A DNA stretch of 63,192 nucleotides, counting the filler, from Bipalium vagum (taxonomy: Eukaryota), in NCBI GenBank assembly GCA_037834085.1. It is 3 parts of 3 records of this genome, joined end to end, with 100 filler letters (N's around TTAATTAATTAA, not from the genome) between each part and the next. Parts side by side here need not be neighbours in the genome. Positions count along the whole stretch, not along the records: positions 46,825 to 63,192 come from JBBMKC010109072.1; 2 more parts are not named here. One strand, given 5' to 3'. Of the stretch, positions 50,540 through 63,192 are shown piece after piece. Position 1 is the stretch's first letter. Each line of letters starts with the position of its first letter. The notes under the pieces are model-generated. The model saw only the letters and a program-made list of their open reading frames with translations. It made no database searches and was not told the origin of the DNA. The position numbers and the translations under genes are program-made.

Positions 50540-53500
50540 TTAGTGCAATAATTTATTTTTGTACAGATTTTTATCGTCTTCCGACTTTTCGCGCCGTTTC
50601 AATTTGAGAATGTGGAGCTCCTTGTCAACCAATTTGGTGAGAGAGCTGTCCAATTCCAGGACCTTTTCCAAATCCTGCTTGGCTTCGTCAAGATTCCAGA
50701 CAGCCATATGGGCCTTTGCTCGCCGGAAAAAGGCCTTGGTGCACTGGGGATCTTTCGCGATGGCGTCCGTTGCATGATTGATTGCTTCATAATATCTCTA
50801 AAAAGATCAATAGATATCAAAACTGGATAGGCCAGTCTCATAATCACCAGTGAGATTTTTCTAACTATCTCATTTATTTTTCTTTCACTTTCACTTCTGG
50901 TCTCTTTATTTTCTTTCTTTTTTCTATATCTTCCTCGCAGTAATATTTTTTCTTTTAACTTTAATTTCTTTTATCCTTTTAACTTTACCGTCTTTCCATG
51001 CTTACCATTAGTTTTTTTCTTTCTCTATTCCTTGTTCTTCATTTCTTATATTCTTTTCTCTTTCTTCTTCCTTTCTTCTACTCTACTTTCTCTATTAAGC
51101 CTTTTTAACATTTTATTTTTCTCTTTTATCGTTTTCTCCGTTTTCTCACTTTGTTTTTCTTTTATCTCCATCTCATTTCTCTTTTTCTTCCTTCATTTAT
51201 ATTTTAATTTCTCTACTTTCGATTTTTGCTGATTTTTCCAATCTTTTCTTTTTCTCTACAAACTCCGTCAGCTCAGCTTTGACTTACCTGGAGATGTATT
51301 TCGCATTGAGTTATATTCAACAGGAACGGTATTTTGCGATTGTCCAGATCCAACCATTCCACTTCTCCCGGTTTTTCACGGAGACACAATTGATCAAGTA
51401 GTTCCAATGCCGTGCCGTACTTGATTCGAGCATTTTCAAAATCCCCTGATTTAAACAATTTGTTTCCTTCATCTTTTAACGTCGAGGTGTTATCAAACTT
51501 TTCTTCTGGTGACATAGCCCACGTGTCTTTTTCAGTTTCACCGGGTAAGTCGATTCTTTAATTAGAACATTTCAAAAAAATCTATAATACGAATTTAAGC
51601 TTTTTTTAAAATCGATATCAAATAAATTAATAAAATGTAAAAAAGTCTAAAGAAAAAAAATAAATAAGAAATGTTTGAAAAGAAGAGGAAAAATAAGATG
51701 GAAAAACCATTTTTAAAATGATACAGCGAAAGAGAATGAAAAGAAAGAGATTTAATTAGTTTAAAAAGAAAAGAATACGAGAGAATAAAACAAAAAAGAA
51801 AATAAAGAGAAATTCAGTTTAGTTGTACATGAATGATAGATCGAAATTTTAAAATGAAAGTGGAAACGAAAATAATGAGAATGAAATATAGAAGGAGAGA
51901 AAAAGGAACTAAAATACTTCATTTTTCATCGAATGAATGTCGAGAATTCATCTAATAATAAATATAATGAAAAATCTAAAAATATAAAATCGATGATCAA
52001 ATCATGAAAAATAAAAAATCAATCAAGTGAATCATAGATCGTAATTTTTGGCTCTAAGCTTACAGAACCTTTGTTGATTCCAGTCACAATTTTTATCCTA
52101 GACAAATTAATTGAGAATTGATTTCGTTCCTGAAAATATCATGGATCTCTAAATGCATTGAGAATGTCCATATTTTAAAATGAAACGGTTTAAATATCGT
52201 ACAGGAAATTATTTCCTTTCAAAAGTATTATATATAGTTGTCACAATAAAAAGTGGCGGTTAGTTTTTATCAATTTATGAAACAAATAGACTTTAAATTA
52301 AAAAAATAAAATTTTATAAATATTTCACATATATTTATTTCAATAAAACAATAAATATCAATATTTAAATGTGCCCCATTTTTCTCAAGACAGCTTTCGA
52401 TTCTTGTTGACATGCTTCGAATTAATGACTTGATGATTTCAACAGAGATTACACCCAAAATTTGGTCTCATCGCTAAAAATCCAGTTATGCAATCTTGCT
52501 GTTCTGTTTTCCTCACACCATTTGACTCTTCTTATTCCTGCAGGTTAAATTTAACATCCTCTTGGGAGCAAATTTTTAAAATCCTTTTCCATACAGGTAG
52601 TTTAAAATTGTGTTTGTATTTACTCTCGGGGATCCTCGATTTGCCATATCTTCACAATCCAAAAGATATTCTTGTCTCACCTTTTATGACAAGTTGGCTG
52701 AGTCTCTGCTGATCTATTTTTAAAATTTTTTTGATCCTTCCATTTTCTGTCTTTCAAGACTGCATCCCATTTTTATTTAAGAAACAGTTCTTTCTACTGT
52801 CTTTAACGATATTCCCGTTATTTGACATATTACTACAGGGCTCTCATAACTTTTTTGTATAAAAATTTTAATTGGAAATGTGCGGTCTTCATTTGTGATA
52901 ATTAATCTAAGGAAATTATCGAAATAATGGTCATAAGATTAAATGTAAAATTGATTATGTATTATTAAAAGTATTTTACCTAGTACTTAAAATAACTGCC
53001 TGGTATTGAAAATATTTGAATTATTTAAACAAAATTAATATAATAAGACTTTTATTGTCAAACCGCCACTTTTTACTGTGATTATACTCTCTATCTTACT
53101 TCTTCACTGCCTTCTCTCATTTAATGATTTTTCAGGGAATATTAGAAGATGAGCAGAGATAGGAAATCAATCCAAATAAAAAAAATCAAAAATACAAAAA
53201 ACGAAAAAAGAAGATTGTTCAAAGCACATCTACCTCGAAAGAAACTCGTTTTTACTAAATAAATTTTTGCTTAAGGAGAGCCTTCAAAATTGGAATTTTA
53301 ATAACTGTGGATTTGGAAAATATCGAAAATAAATATTTAATATCAATTTTTCAAAAAATACCATTATTTTATTGATTTTTATTAAATAAAATCGATTTTC
53401 TTTTATCAAACAAGATTTTCTTTTTCATTCCAAGTTAAAATTTAAAACATGGTAAAGAATCAAAGATTTAAAGAGAAACTAAAGGTGAATTAGTTCATTG

Positions 53501-54724
53501 ACGAAAAGGAAGAACTTTTTTTAATTTTAAAGGCTTCGATGCTATTAGTTGACTTTTTTAAAATGAAATTATCACAGTAAGATAATTTCAAATATTCATT
53601 TTTAAAGATTTATTAATTATTTAACTATTATAAATTAAATTGTAAAAAATTTAAAATTTAACTTATTTTAAATATTTATTAATTTATTCTTTTATTTTAC
53701 TTAACTTTATATATTATATTTTACATTTTTAATTGTGAATTTAGACGAGGATAAGTTTTTATTTTATATGAGAAGTAAATTCTCATATGCCCACGAACTA
53801 TACTGATCACAAGAACCGAGGTCAGAAAGTAAAATCAATAAACTTCTCTATTCGAATCAATAAAAAAGGCCAAGACATTGGGGAGAACGAAAAACAATTA
53901 ATATTCAACAGATAAACAATAAATGACTTGAGAATATTTTTCCTACTCATCCTCTTCTTCTAAATACTCGGTAAAATAATAAATCGTTGTTAGTTATTAA
54001 TTTTATTGATTTTCATTCACCATGGAAACAAAATATAGTTAGTTTACAAAATATGGTTTACTTTACAGTGATTGCTGTTAAAAATATAAATTTTTGAACA
54101 TAAAAGTAAATTCACCTTTCAGCAAAAATATATCGGAATTTTGTTTATTTAAAGACTTAATTGCTTTTTTTCAAAATATTTTAATTGTTTTGTTTACACA
54201 AAAAATAACTGACTTTAAAAGTTCAAATACAAATTCTAAAGATTGAGGTTTCTCTAATAATTCATCTAGATCTTTATAACCAAGACCTCCTTGTTCCTGA
54301 AGAGACATCATTCCACAACAATGTTTTGCGTGACCACCTTCATGCTTATTGAGCATGTAATCTCTAAGTTTTTTATTGACTGGTGGAAATGACTTTAAAT
54401 GTTTTGAATCAACAACAAAAGATGCCACTTCAGCAACACGCATTGTTTGAAGGCAAGTTTCCCAGACCTTGAATAGATAAGATAACTTAGACATTATCGT
54501 GCAATTTCATTAACCTCCAATTGAAATTGTTTTCCAATATAAATTTCCATAACTTTTCCATATTTTTTGGAATCATCAATAACTACTGGCTCACCTAAAT
54601 TTTCAAACCTTTTGATTTGATAATGAAAATAAAATTTTGTATCTTTGGGATAATTCAATGGTTCTGGTCCAGTTGAAACTTTACCTGGGTATATTAATTT
54701 TTTTGTGATACCTAATTCATTCAT
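50540..54724 (-). CDS. AIP: Aryl hydrocarbon receptor-interacting protein (FKBP-like plus TPR domains), 329 aa
   Basis: Exons 54724-54515, 54467-54214, 51555-51288 and 50797-50540 total 990 nt in frame. Motifs: IDDSKK.GK.MEIYIGKQFQLEVWETCL.TM, HCCGM, GLGYKDLDEL, LREKPGEVEW, KAFFRRAKAHMAVWN. Confidence 0.96.
52233..53088 (-). mobile_element. Internally deleted Tc1-like element in AIP intron 2
   Basis: TIRs TCACAATAAAAAGTGGCGGTT / AACCGCCACTTTTTACTGTGA; C-terminal IKSLIRSMSTRIESCLEKNGAH. Confidence 0.8.
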
Positions 54725-56099
54725 TACTTTTAATTCATTTAGTTATTGAAACTTCTAAAACTAATTATGAAAATACAATAAAACATAAAATGAAATATTA
54801 GAATAATAAAACTTTATTTGTAAAAATTGAATAGAATAAATTGCAAATTGAATATTTTAAACACAGAAAAGTGTTTAAAATAATTATTTCAATGTTTTAT
54901 TTTTCAAGCATTTCAAAGTAAAACTAATATTACCATTATTATATCAAAATAGTAGAAGATATTTTTAATAATATCTTATTTGTACTTGGAAAAAGACTAA
55001 CAAAAATTGAAACGATTTTTTTTAAAAAAAATAGTATTTTTACATATTATCTTAATATATTATATACAAAACTTAAATCAATAATTCGGAATAACAGGAA
55101 AAAATTTCTATTTGAAATGAAATAGTGCTTATTGTAAATGACTTTTGAATCACAATTTAGAAGAATACTATTATTAATAGGCTGCTAAAGGCCTGGCCCA
55201 AATAATTATTATGTCCGATATCACTAAATATATTCTGTAAATCACCATATCTTTTTATTAACTGTATCAAACAAATTTCAAATTACACGTTGCTCTATGA
55301 CTAATTGCAAAGGTATCGATATATGATAAGAAAATTCTAACTATGTAATTGAATGGATGTAAATGGATATATTAATGTAATATGAAATAATGAATAACAA
55401 AAGGTCAAAACTCGTTCGAGAGTCCGATTTTAAACCATGTACATTTCTAATCAATTATAATAAATTATTCAAAATTAACAATGGCTTCACAATTTTTTCT
55501 AGTAACGATAAAGTTTTAGCCTTGAAAAAGCTCCCAATGATAGTGTTAAGTTTTGTTTGGATAGACGGATAGATAGATATTAATTAAAGCAATAAAACTT
55601 AACATAACTCGTAAAATATTTTATAATCAGAAGGATTTAGAGTATGTTAACGTTCGATAAATATGAATTAATGATATTTTTAATCGACTGGGTATTAATA
55701 AAGGTGAAAATTTGTATTTATTTGTTTTAATGTGATCAGATAAAAATAACCTTCAAACTTAACTTAAACTTTGATATTTACTGTACTAACGAAAATCAAT
55801 AACGAATTAATGAATTATAATTTATATTTTTCTTGAACCAAATATAGAAATACAAGTTTGATATTTTAATTGTCAAAACCCCGAGAAGTAGTTTGAAAGA
55901 AGTCAGATAGCTCTTCGATATCTTAGCTTCAGGAGCCTTCAATTAAAAAAGCGCTTCTCCGACCTACTAGACGTAGAGAAGGCAAAAAAAGAAGATATCA
56001 AGCAAAACAAACAAAAAAAGGTAAAATTGATAATGATAGAATAATTGGGGATCTATCCAATTATTATATCGAATTTATTTAGTTTAATTAAATTCTAAT

Positions 56100-56660
56100 T
56101 TGTGGTCAAATCAGTATACGAAATTTGCAATTTAAAATCAAATTGCTATTTCGGATATAAATAAAAAAATAATTAATCTTTAATGTACTCGAATATAACT
56201 GAATTGATGAATGACGGAATTAGTTTCGTTAGATAGATCCTTTGACGTTGATCGTAAAGTTTCTTCTGTAAATTCCGGATTATGGCGTAGCTGTTAGAAG
56301 GACTCTTTGACGTTTATCGTTAAGTTCCTTCTGTAGGTACTGATTTATGACAGAGCAGTTCTTTGACGACGATTGTTCGGTTTCCAAACTCAATTGATTT
56401 TAGTTTTTCTCTTTCCTTTTTCTCTTTCTTTGTTCTCTTTTGATTAACAATCCCCTGATTTTTATAGATTTCCTGAATTGTAATTTGACACTAAGTTGGC
56501 AAATCGAATTATCGTATGGTGAAGTTTTCTTCTGCAGAAATGTGATACTTAAGCTACTAATTGATCGATGTCTCCTGCTTTTGGTAATATTGTTAAGTTC
56601 CTAAAAGTGATTGATTTTAAGTTAAAAATATCGATATTGGGCTTTTATGTTACTCAACAA
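56100..56660 (-). mobile_element. LTR-like fragment with internal tandem repeats
   Basis: CTTTGACG-anchored repeats at 56240, 56305 and 56361. Minus strand has TATAAAAATCAGGGG upstream and ATTAAA downstream. Ends are not defined. Confidence 0.4.
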
Positions 56661-57476
56661 AACATATTACTATCAGAAGGCTTTATGTAATGTAGTTCGG
56701 AACTGTAAATAAAATAGGAAAAAATGAAAACATAACAATTAATACCAAATATTGTTATTTGTAAAAATGTAATTTTACAATGAAATTTTAAAGGAGAATT
56801 CTTAAATCTTTTCACAGTTATCCTATAAGCTGTGGAAAGGCCCTGGGGTAATTTACCAGCCCTAACTGCTGTGTAAATTACGAACAAAAAGAGAAATAGG
56901 GAGAATATGAAAACAACAGCAAGGGTAATGCTACTTATTAGTGATTACCAGAAGATGCAAATTTAAATATAATTTTAGGGAATCTGTGCAAGCTGTAACA
57001 GTTTACCAGATTTTATAATAAATAGAAACAATTAATAAATGAAAATTACTATTTCAATAGCATATATTGGTAGAGGTCGTCTATGATGTAGTTTTTGTGT
57101 CTGATTATGATTACGTCTTCGTTTGTTTATTATTTTTTCGTTTTTCGTCTGAAATCCGATTGACTATATATACCCGGATTTTTTTGAACTTTATATGGGA
57201 AAAACGTGATTTTTGTTTTGTGTAAATAAGTTTTTGCGTGGCAGTTCATTTTTCAATTAATCTTATATATTAAAATTTTTAATGTCATTTTTTATTTTTA
57301 TGTTTTAATTTTTTCCTATTTTAATTTTTTATTATAAATTGTTTCCTTATTTATATTTATCTTACATTTTTTTGTTAGATTTCTATTTTTAGAAACCTAA
57401 TTTTTCTAATTTAATTTTTTATATAATTATTTGTTTTATGTATATTTACTTTATTTTCCTAATATAAGATATTACC

Positions 57477-57519
<43 letters not shown>

Positions 57520-60148
57520 ATAATATTAATAATTGTTAGGGCTTTGATTTTATTCTTTTAGGAATTCTCATTTTTACATAACAAATTAAATAAAAATACT
57601 TTAATTATTTATATTAAAATAAAATTTTATCACATCAAAATCAGAATCAATAAAAATTGTCATAATCAAATTGTCACATTAAAATTGTTAATTTGTCTTG
57701 AGTCTCCACAATATGATCTTAATATATTTTTTCTCCTTTTCGTTGAAATAAAAATTCTTGTTATTTCTGTCTCTTTGATGTGTTCATTTTTTAAAAATAC
57801 TTTATATTTATATTATAATTTTTTATCTATTTTTATCTATTTTTATTTATAGAATCTTTATAATACTATTTTTATTTTTTGTAATTCTTTTCTTATCCAT
57901 TTAATTAATTTTGTTAACATTTATTATTTTTAGTAAAGATTTTTATAATTTTTTTCTAAATTTATAATTATTTTAATTAATGTATAATTTTTATGAAAAT
58001 TATGTGTTTTAATAATTAAATATTTATATTAACATTTATTTATTTTTCTTTCGGAGTTTGACAATTATTGACAATTAAATCATTTCAAAAATATATAAAA
58101 GAGTTTGACAATTAAATCATTTACAATTTCAAATATATAGAATTTATACACATGCATATATGCAATTTATACACAGTAAGGGTTTGGGGATCACTAAAAG
58201 AATGACAATCAGATTTAAATCACAAAGTTCATCAAGTTTTAATTGTTTTAAGAATAAAGTTCACAAATTATCAAGGTTTGGAACACATTATATTATAAAT
58301 AATAATTATCATAGTATAATAATATATATAAAACAAATACAAATTTTTTTAATTAAAAAAATTAACTGGTGTTTTCATTTTACCTTACCAATTAAGATTA
58401 AAAAAGATAAACTATCAAATTTTATAAAATGTTTCGTTATTAATTTCTGTAAAATGGCTTTTGGAACTAAGTTGTGTTAATTTATACTCATAAGTCGTTT
58501 TAAATTAAAAAAATATTTTTAAAAATTATTATAAACTTTTTTATTTCGGTAATTTAGTTTTTTATTTTATTCATACATCTCCTTTCATTCATATAACTTC
58601 TTGTGAAGTCACAAACATAAAAAGGTGTTCCTTTATAAAAGAAATATACATTTTGTTGGGTTTACCCAAGGCACCTCCCCTCAGGGAAATACAACCAAGA
58701 AAAATCACAAAAAGAGTATAAATGTTAAAAATAATAATATTATTATTAAAATTAATGATTAAAATTAATTAATACTTGAGAAACAATTAAAAACTTCCAG
58801 ATATTTTTATTTTTGAAATACTTAGGAAATAAAACAACCCTCCAAAAGTAATTTTTATTTTTAAAGAAGTCTAAAAGAGGGATTTTGTAAATATTAATGA
58901 TCACCATAAAATAATTTTAGGAAATTTTAGAATTTCAATAAAATTTTTAGAATTTTAAGTATGATTTTGAGACTATTTCGAGAATAATCTCCAGATGAAG
59001 ATCAGTTCTAAAAAGTATACAAGCAGAGAGATTCTAGTATATTTTCATCCCTCAGAAAATGTACGAAACAGGCTTATAGTTATTGTTTGAATAAGATTGT
59101 TATTACGGAAGAAAATTATTATTGAGGAAGAAGATTGTTGTCCAATCTACAAAACGAGGTCATTGTTCAATTCCAGAAGACTACTGATCACCATCATCAA
59201 ACAAGGAGAAGATTGCTAATCGTCATTCTTATCAAGTATTCTAATATTATTAAAGCGATGGGACTATGCTTAAAATTCCCCATCAGCAAGTTATCGGTGA
59301 GCAACCGTTAAGGCTCAAACGATAACTCGGGAGTTTTAGCAGAAGATAAATTGTAAGATCTTTCTATTTTCTGTGAAATTTATTTTCTTTTTAAAAGTAA
59401 TTACTAATTTAGTATAAAAGTAATATTTTGTTATAATCGAACTTTGATTAGACATTATATTTAATTCATTCTTTATTATTGTTATTGGATTGTATTGTGT
59501 TTTGGTAAAATAGTGGAAGGTTTGTGAAACATTTCAGACATTAATTGTGATCCCAGACTCTTAATTATCTTTCTGTATTTCTGTGTATTTTTGTGATTGT
59601 GTGATATAAATACAATTGCTGCTTTACTGATTGTTATTATTTGCACCACCTAAGAGTTGAAGTCAGGTCTAAATTAGATACACTAAATAGTGAAAAATTT
59701 GAATAATAAAAAAATTATTTAATTATTGAAATCAACCACCTCAAAATGGAAAAATATAATTTCCATAACGTTGTCCGAACAGCCCAATATTTTATCTAAA
59801 TATTTAAATTATATTATGTGACAGTAGAATATTTTGATAGTAACAAGGATAATAAAAAATTGAAACAAAAATAAATAATATATTAAAAAAAATAAGGCAT
59901 TTTATTGTCAATTTTAATTTTAAAATGACTAGGCATAACATTAACAAACCGAACAGCTTTTAAACATTACAATGAAAATAGTGTCGTTCATTTTATGTGG
60001 TTCTGAAAACAATGGTAAATCGTTAAAAATAATGTGTAAATATATTGCCTGGTAATATCACATTATATCAAATGACAGTAATAAATTAAATGAAGGACAA
60101 TGCATATAAAATAAACTAGGGAGAGCTATTGTCAATTTTTATCCAACT

Positions 60149-62400
60149 TTAGTATCGCTTTCTAAACAAAATGAAGATGAGAGAATGTTGACAATTGTAC
60201 GTCTCTTTTTACCTATATGACATTTGTAAAGATTTCTCTAAAATATTATCTCCGACACTATTGGAAGACGGTGCCATATCTATTCCAATGTAACGATCTA
60301 AAAGTAACCTGTGTGATTCCATTTTATCAAGAATATTATTTAAACTGCTTTTCAATCCCGAAAAGAATCCCACAGGAGGAGCGTGGAGAGCAGTTCTAGT
60401 ACCAATATGTCTCTGAAAAGACATTATTTACTTTCTCATAAAATCGTAAATTTACGTTAGCTTTTCTACGACGTTCTCTCAGCATATCGTTTGCATCATA
60501 TCCATGAAAAGGCATCACATTGTAGCGATAGTAATATTGACTTTCAGGTACTCTTGATAGCTGAATTTTGTTTGTTGTTTGAAAGGTTTTATCACAAAAC
60601 TTAACTCACCGAATATACAGATCGTTGTCTTGGATAATGTAATTCTGGAAGACCAATGCCATGACTGTAATAAGAGCTATACGTTCGAGGTATGTAATGT
60701 GTTCGATAGTTATGATAGTAGCTAGGATATATGGTAACGTCATTCTTAAAATGGAAAATATTTATAATATATAATAATAAAATATCATTTCTGAATGACA
60801 TACATCCCAATAATATCGACTCGGACGAAAATTGTATGAATATGGATCGAATAACTAAAAGGGAATTTAAAAATGTTTCGTTAAGGATAAATCCTATACT
60901 CACATATGAGTACTGCGGTGGAGCATGAGCTTTCAAGTATGACGTTGGTAGAACATCATCATCATATGATATAGAATGCCTTCTAACCTTTCGACGTGAA
61001 ACTGTCGAGTGTATTGGTTCACTTGGTTCAATGACAGAAATTCTTCCGGGACTGGCTGACTGTTTATTTATTTCCAATCAAATTATATTTTATTATTAAC
61101 TAATAAATATTAAATTCAATTTACAAGAGCTCTGTTGAAATTCCTTATGATTGTTGAGTCGGCTAGAACTGATTTGTTTCTAGTATTGAGATAATCATCG
61201 AAGAGATTATTAGACAAGTTTTGAATCCGTCTTCCAGAATGTTCATAAATTCCTGAAACAAACATTGTCATAAAAACCGATTTTTTTATCGTTATATTAA
61301 TGACTGAAAACCTCGGGTCACCCTTGACTAAATGTTATATACAGCATAAATAAATAACGTTTCTTTTATGGACGTTGAAGAAAGATTCAAAGAACATATA
61401 ATGTTTCTCAGTAATGCCGTAAAAAATCATCAATCCACAGAGCGGATTCATTTGGCTTTAGAATTCAAAGGATTATATTATGGAATATTTCAATATTTAT
61501 AAAATAATTTATTTTATTACAGTTTTAAAGAAAATTTACAGTTTAAATTTGAATTATATAAAATAATAAATAAAGAAACCTAAGTTATATAAGAAAACTA
61601 AGCAGGAGAAAAGTATCGCCATAAAAATATAATTATGAAAATTTTTAAAATTCAAAAATATTATCAAAGTATAAATATGGAAAATTTTAAATGAAAATAT
61701 TACAGCTTTGAATTAATAAAAATTATTTTAAAAATAGAAAAAAAAATAATTTATTATTTCTTTTTTTTAATTATTTTAATTATTTTAATTATTTTAATTA
61801 TTTTAATTATTTTAATTATTTTTATTATTTTTATTATTATATTTTAAAAGTCTTATTTATGATTTATTTTATAATTTTTTTATTTATAATTTTTATTTAT
61901 AACTTTTCCACTTTACATAAATTTACAATAATAAATTGTTAAATATATTTGACAATGATGAAATTGTTTTTTTTCAATTTTTAACATTATATAAAATAAA
62001 AAAGTAAATATCAGAAAATTTTTGTACGAAAAATAACGAATATTTTTTATTTATTTATTTTCTAATTCTTTGCTTTTAAAAAAATTTAAATAAAAAGATA
62101 AAAATCTTTGTTAAGTTTATTTTTTAAAAAAAAATATTTTAAGTAAAGATCCTTAAGTCTTTCAAATTTTATTTAAACAGAAATCTTTCATCATAAATAT
62201 TTTTGTTATTGTTAAAATATAAAAATCAGTGATTATATTTTTAATTTTCAAAAAATAATTTGAATTTATTATTTATCGTCGAACGATGGATTATACAATG
62301 TAATAATGAAAAAAACATATAAAATAGGCAAAAGATCAATACCTCGGTCCAAACTGGAAGATCTTTCAAATCTTGGCAAAGTATGATAGTAATAGTTCAT
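60149..62400 (-). CDS. Uncharacterised Tyr/Arg/Ser-rich protein, 264 aa
   Basis: Seven GT-AG exons 62400-62343, 61252-61125, 61059-60904, 60744-60610, 60560-60456, 60412-60213 and 60161-60149 join in frame (795 nt): MNYYYHTLPRFERSSSLDR...QMSYRKRY*. No domain recognised. Confidence 0.8.
61768..61835. repeat. (TTATTTTAA)n 9-mer minisatellite
   Basis: Directly visible tandem array in an intron. Confidence 0.85.
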
Positions 62401-63192
62401 ATTTCAAAATAAGAAATCTGGTTGAGAATTTCGAAAGTGATGGAGAATTTGTGGCAACACCGATCATAGTATTGGTATTTAATAAAAAATTCTGATCGTT
62501 GTTTGCATCGAATGTGTTCCAGGAAACATGGCACACGGCAGGCGCGGAGACCGGTCAAGCTGGGGTAATTTTTGCACAGATTTTCACATTAATCAATAAA
62601 ATTTACATTTCCTTTCGCTGCACAAATTTAGCTTTCACTGAAAATAGCACCACTGTTTCAATCATGATAGCCGTTACTTATTTTTATCTTTCAACCTTAT
62701 GTGATTTGACCCCCACCCCTGCATCGTGCACAATTGGATTCAGGGTTGTGTTTCACTGGCTTGTCAATTCTGAAATTTCGGGGAAATTTTTAAATCAAAT
62801 CTGTCTAATAATATCTTCGTTCAATATTTGCCAAATAAGAAATCAGACAATATTTACTTCTTACAACTTTTTTCATTGGAAAATAAAATAAAATTTCCAA
62901 ATATAAAATTAAAATGATGTCATATATCATTTTTCGTTATTATTCCTTTTTGGATATAGTTTCAATGATTTAGCTGATCACGTTCCAAAAGATTATCAAT
63001 TAAAACAAAATTTCATTATTTACTACTTTTCGCACCACACAAAAATATTTTTTTGACAGTTTCCAGTAATGAAGAAAATGATCGTTCATGACAGTTCATA
63101 TCTGAAAATAATATTAACCAGTTTACGATCAAAAGATTACATTGAGAAAAGTTTTCCATTTTACAAAAATTCACCCTTACTGTCTATTTTTC

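Noticed and set aside
50559-50847. Three overlapping ORFs in the ORF track
   Set aside because: Shadow frames of AIP exon 4; the real frame enters through the splice acceptor at 50797.
56240-56375. CRISPR-like repeat-spacer array (also considered for 41738-41912)
   Set aside because: Only 2-3 units, the intervening sequences are similar or irregular, the context is eukaryotic and there are no cas genes.
59050-59690. Possible LTR or DIRS terminal fragment
   Set aside because: GC-richer than the flanks, but no termini, TSD or coding motif could be established.
62499-62891. 130-aa plus-strand ORF
   Set aside because: Non-ATG start and no recognisable motif; it overlaps the likely 5' UTR of the minus-strand gene.

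Overview
Very AT-rich eukaryotic (animal-type) genomic DNA with short GT-AG introns (about 43-65 nt, plus some long TE-filled ones) and two artificial 100-nt gap spacers. Four host genes can be spliced by hand: a Rab11-FIP3/4 (Nuf-like) gene (+, 3909-9632), the 3' half of a CELF3-6/Bruno-like gene (+, 26259-33590), AIP (-, 50540-54724) and an unrecognised Tyr/Arg/Ser-rich gene (-, 60149-62400). The rest is mostly decayed mobile DNA: Tc1/mariner/pogo remnants, MITEs, three Penelope-like retroelements with hammerhead ribozyme motifs, non-LTR and LTR fragments, and a tRNA-Ala-like SINE head. The main accessory feature is an approximately 10.5-kb decayed Polinton/Maverick (adintovirus-like) endogenous virus region (about 13.2-23.6 kb). 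It contains pPolB, major capsid, packaging ATPase, adenain-like protease, fibre-like and core-like genes, and appears to be a fusion of two related viruses. Its right-hand part carries about 11 clusters of GC-rich, 3-nt-loop micro-hairpins. Three of these are exactly 30 nt long with a C-[hairpin]-TA-[hairpin]-G layout, and two of the three sit in frame near the start of viral ORFs in opposite orientations. This candidate mobile, frame-preserving micro-element family is the most novel-looking signal in the window. All calls come from manual reading and motif recall; no database searches were run.
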